DNA of 63,381 bases, counting the filler, from Octopus bimaculoides (Eukaryota), in assembly GCF_001194135.2 (NCBI RefSeq). It is 3 parts of 3 records of this genome, joined end to end, with 100 filler letters (N's around TTAATTAATTAA, not from the genome) between each part and the next. Parts side by side here need not be neighbours in the genome. Positions count along the whole stretch, not along the records: positions 58,796 to 63,381 come from NC_068990.1; 2 more parts are not named here. The stretch is one strand, 5' to 3'. The translations under genes and the position numbers were made by a program. The notes beneath the pieces were generated by a model. The model made no database searches. It was not told the DNA's origin and worked only from the letters and a program-made list of their open reading frames with translations. Positions 63,121-63,381 of the stretch are shown here, piece by piece (position 1 is the stretch's first letter; each line of letters opens with the position of its first letter).

Positions 63121-63344
63121 AGTGTTTATTATATGCATGTATGAAACAAAAGTAGAGAAATAGTTCCAAATTACTTTATATATGAACATGTGTATATATA
63201 CATATATTTATATATGAATGTATATACACACATACATATGTACAAACATACACACACACGCATACATACATGCACACATCCACACTCACACTTCCACGTA
63301 CATACATGTTTTTCAAAACAGTATATACCATACATATATATATA

Positions 63345-63381
<37 letters not shown>

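Overview
Eukaryotic, AT-rich genomic scaffold, dense in microsatellites, with 10 N-gaps. The SINE families and repeat landscape point to an octopus (coleoid cephalopod); this is inference from recognition, with no search run. Most of the window is simple repeats and transposon debris. It holds about 30 copies of four tRNA-derived SINE families, three decayed Tc1/mariner elements (two DD34D-type, one with DD37D spacing) and two MITEs. It also holds Helitron Rep/helicase fossils and Helitron 3' ends, RTE, L1/Tx1, RLE-type and Penelope-like retroelement fragments, and several unexplained inverted repeats. No intact long ORF, rRNA, true tRNA gene or CRISPR array is present. Nearly all ORFs in the supplied track are microsatellite or N-gap artefacts. 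Short unique segments with canonical splice sites on the minus strand can be joined into two phase-consistent exon chains (57.4-38.7 kb and 22.9-7.8 kb), with a CCAAT/G-rich promoter-like island between them at 35.1 kb. I do not recognise the peptides, so these gene models are hypotheses only. I did not find a convincing novel biological system. The best-supported oddities are a dimeric SINE inserted as one unit, a perfect 48-bp inverted duplication at a LINE truncation point, several hairpins and a 62-bp mini-Helitron.
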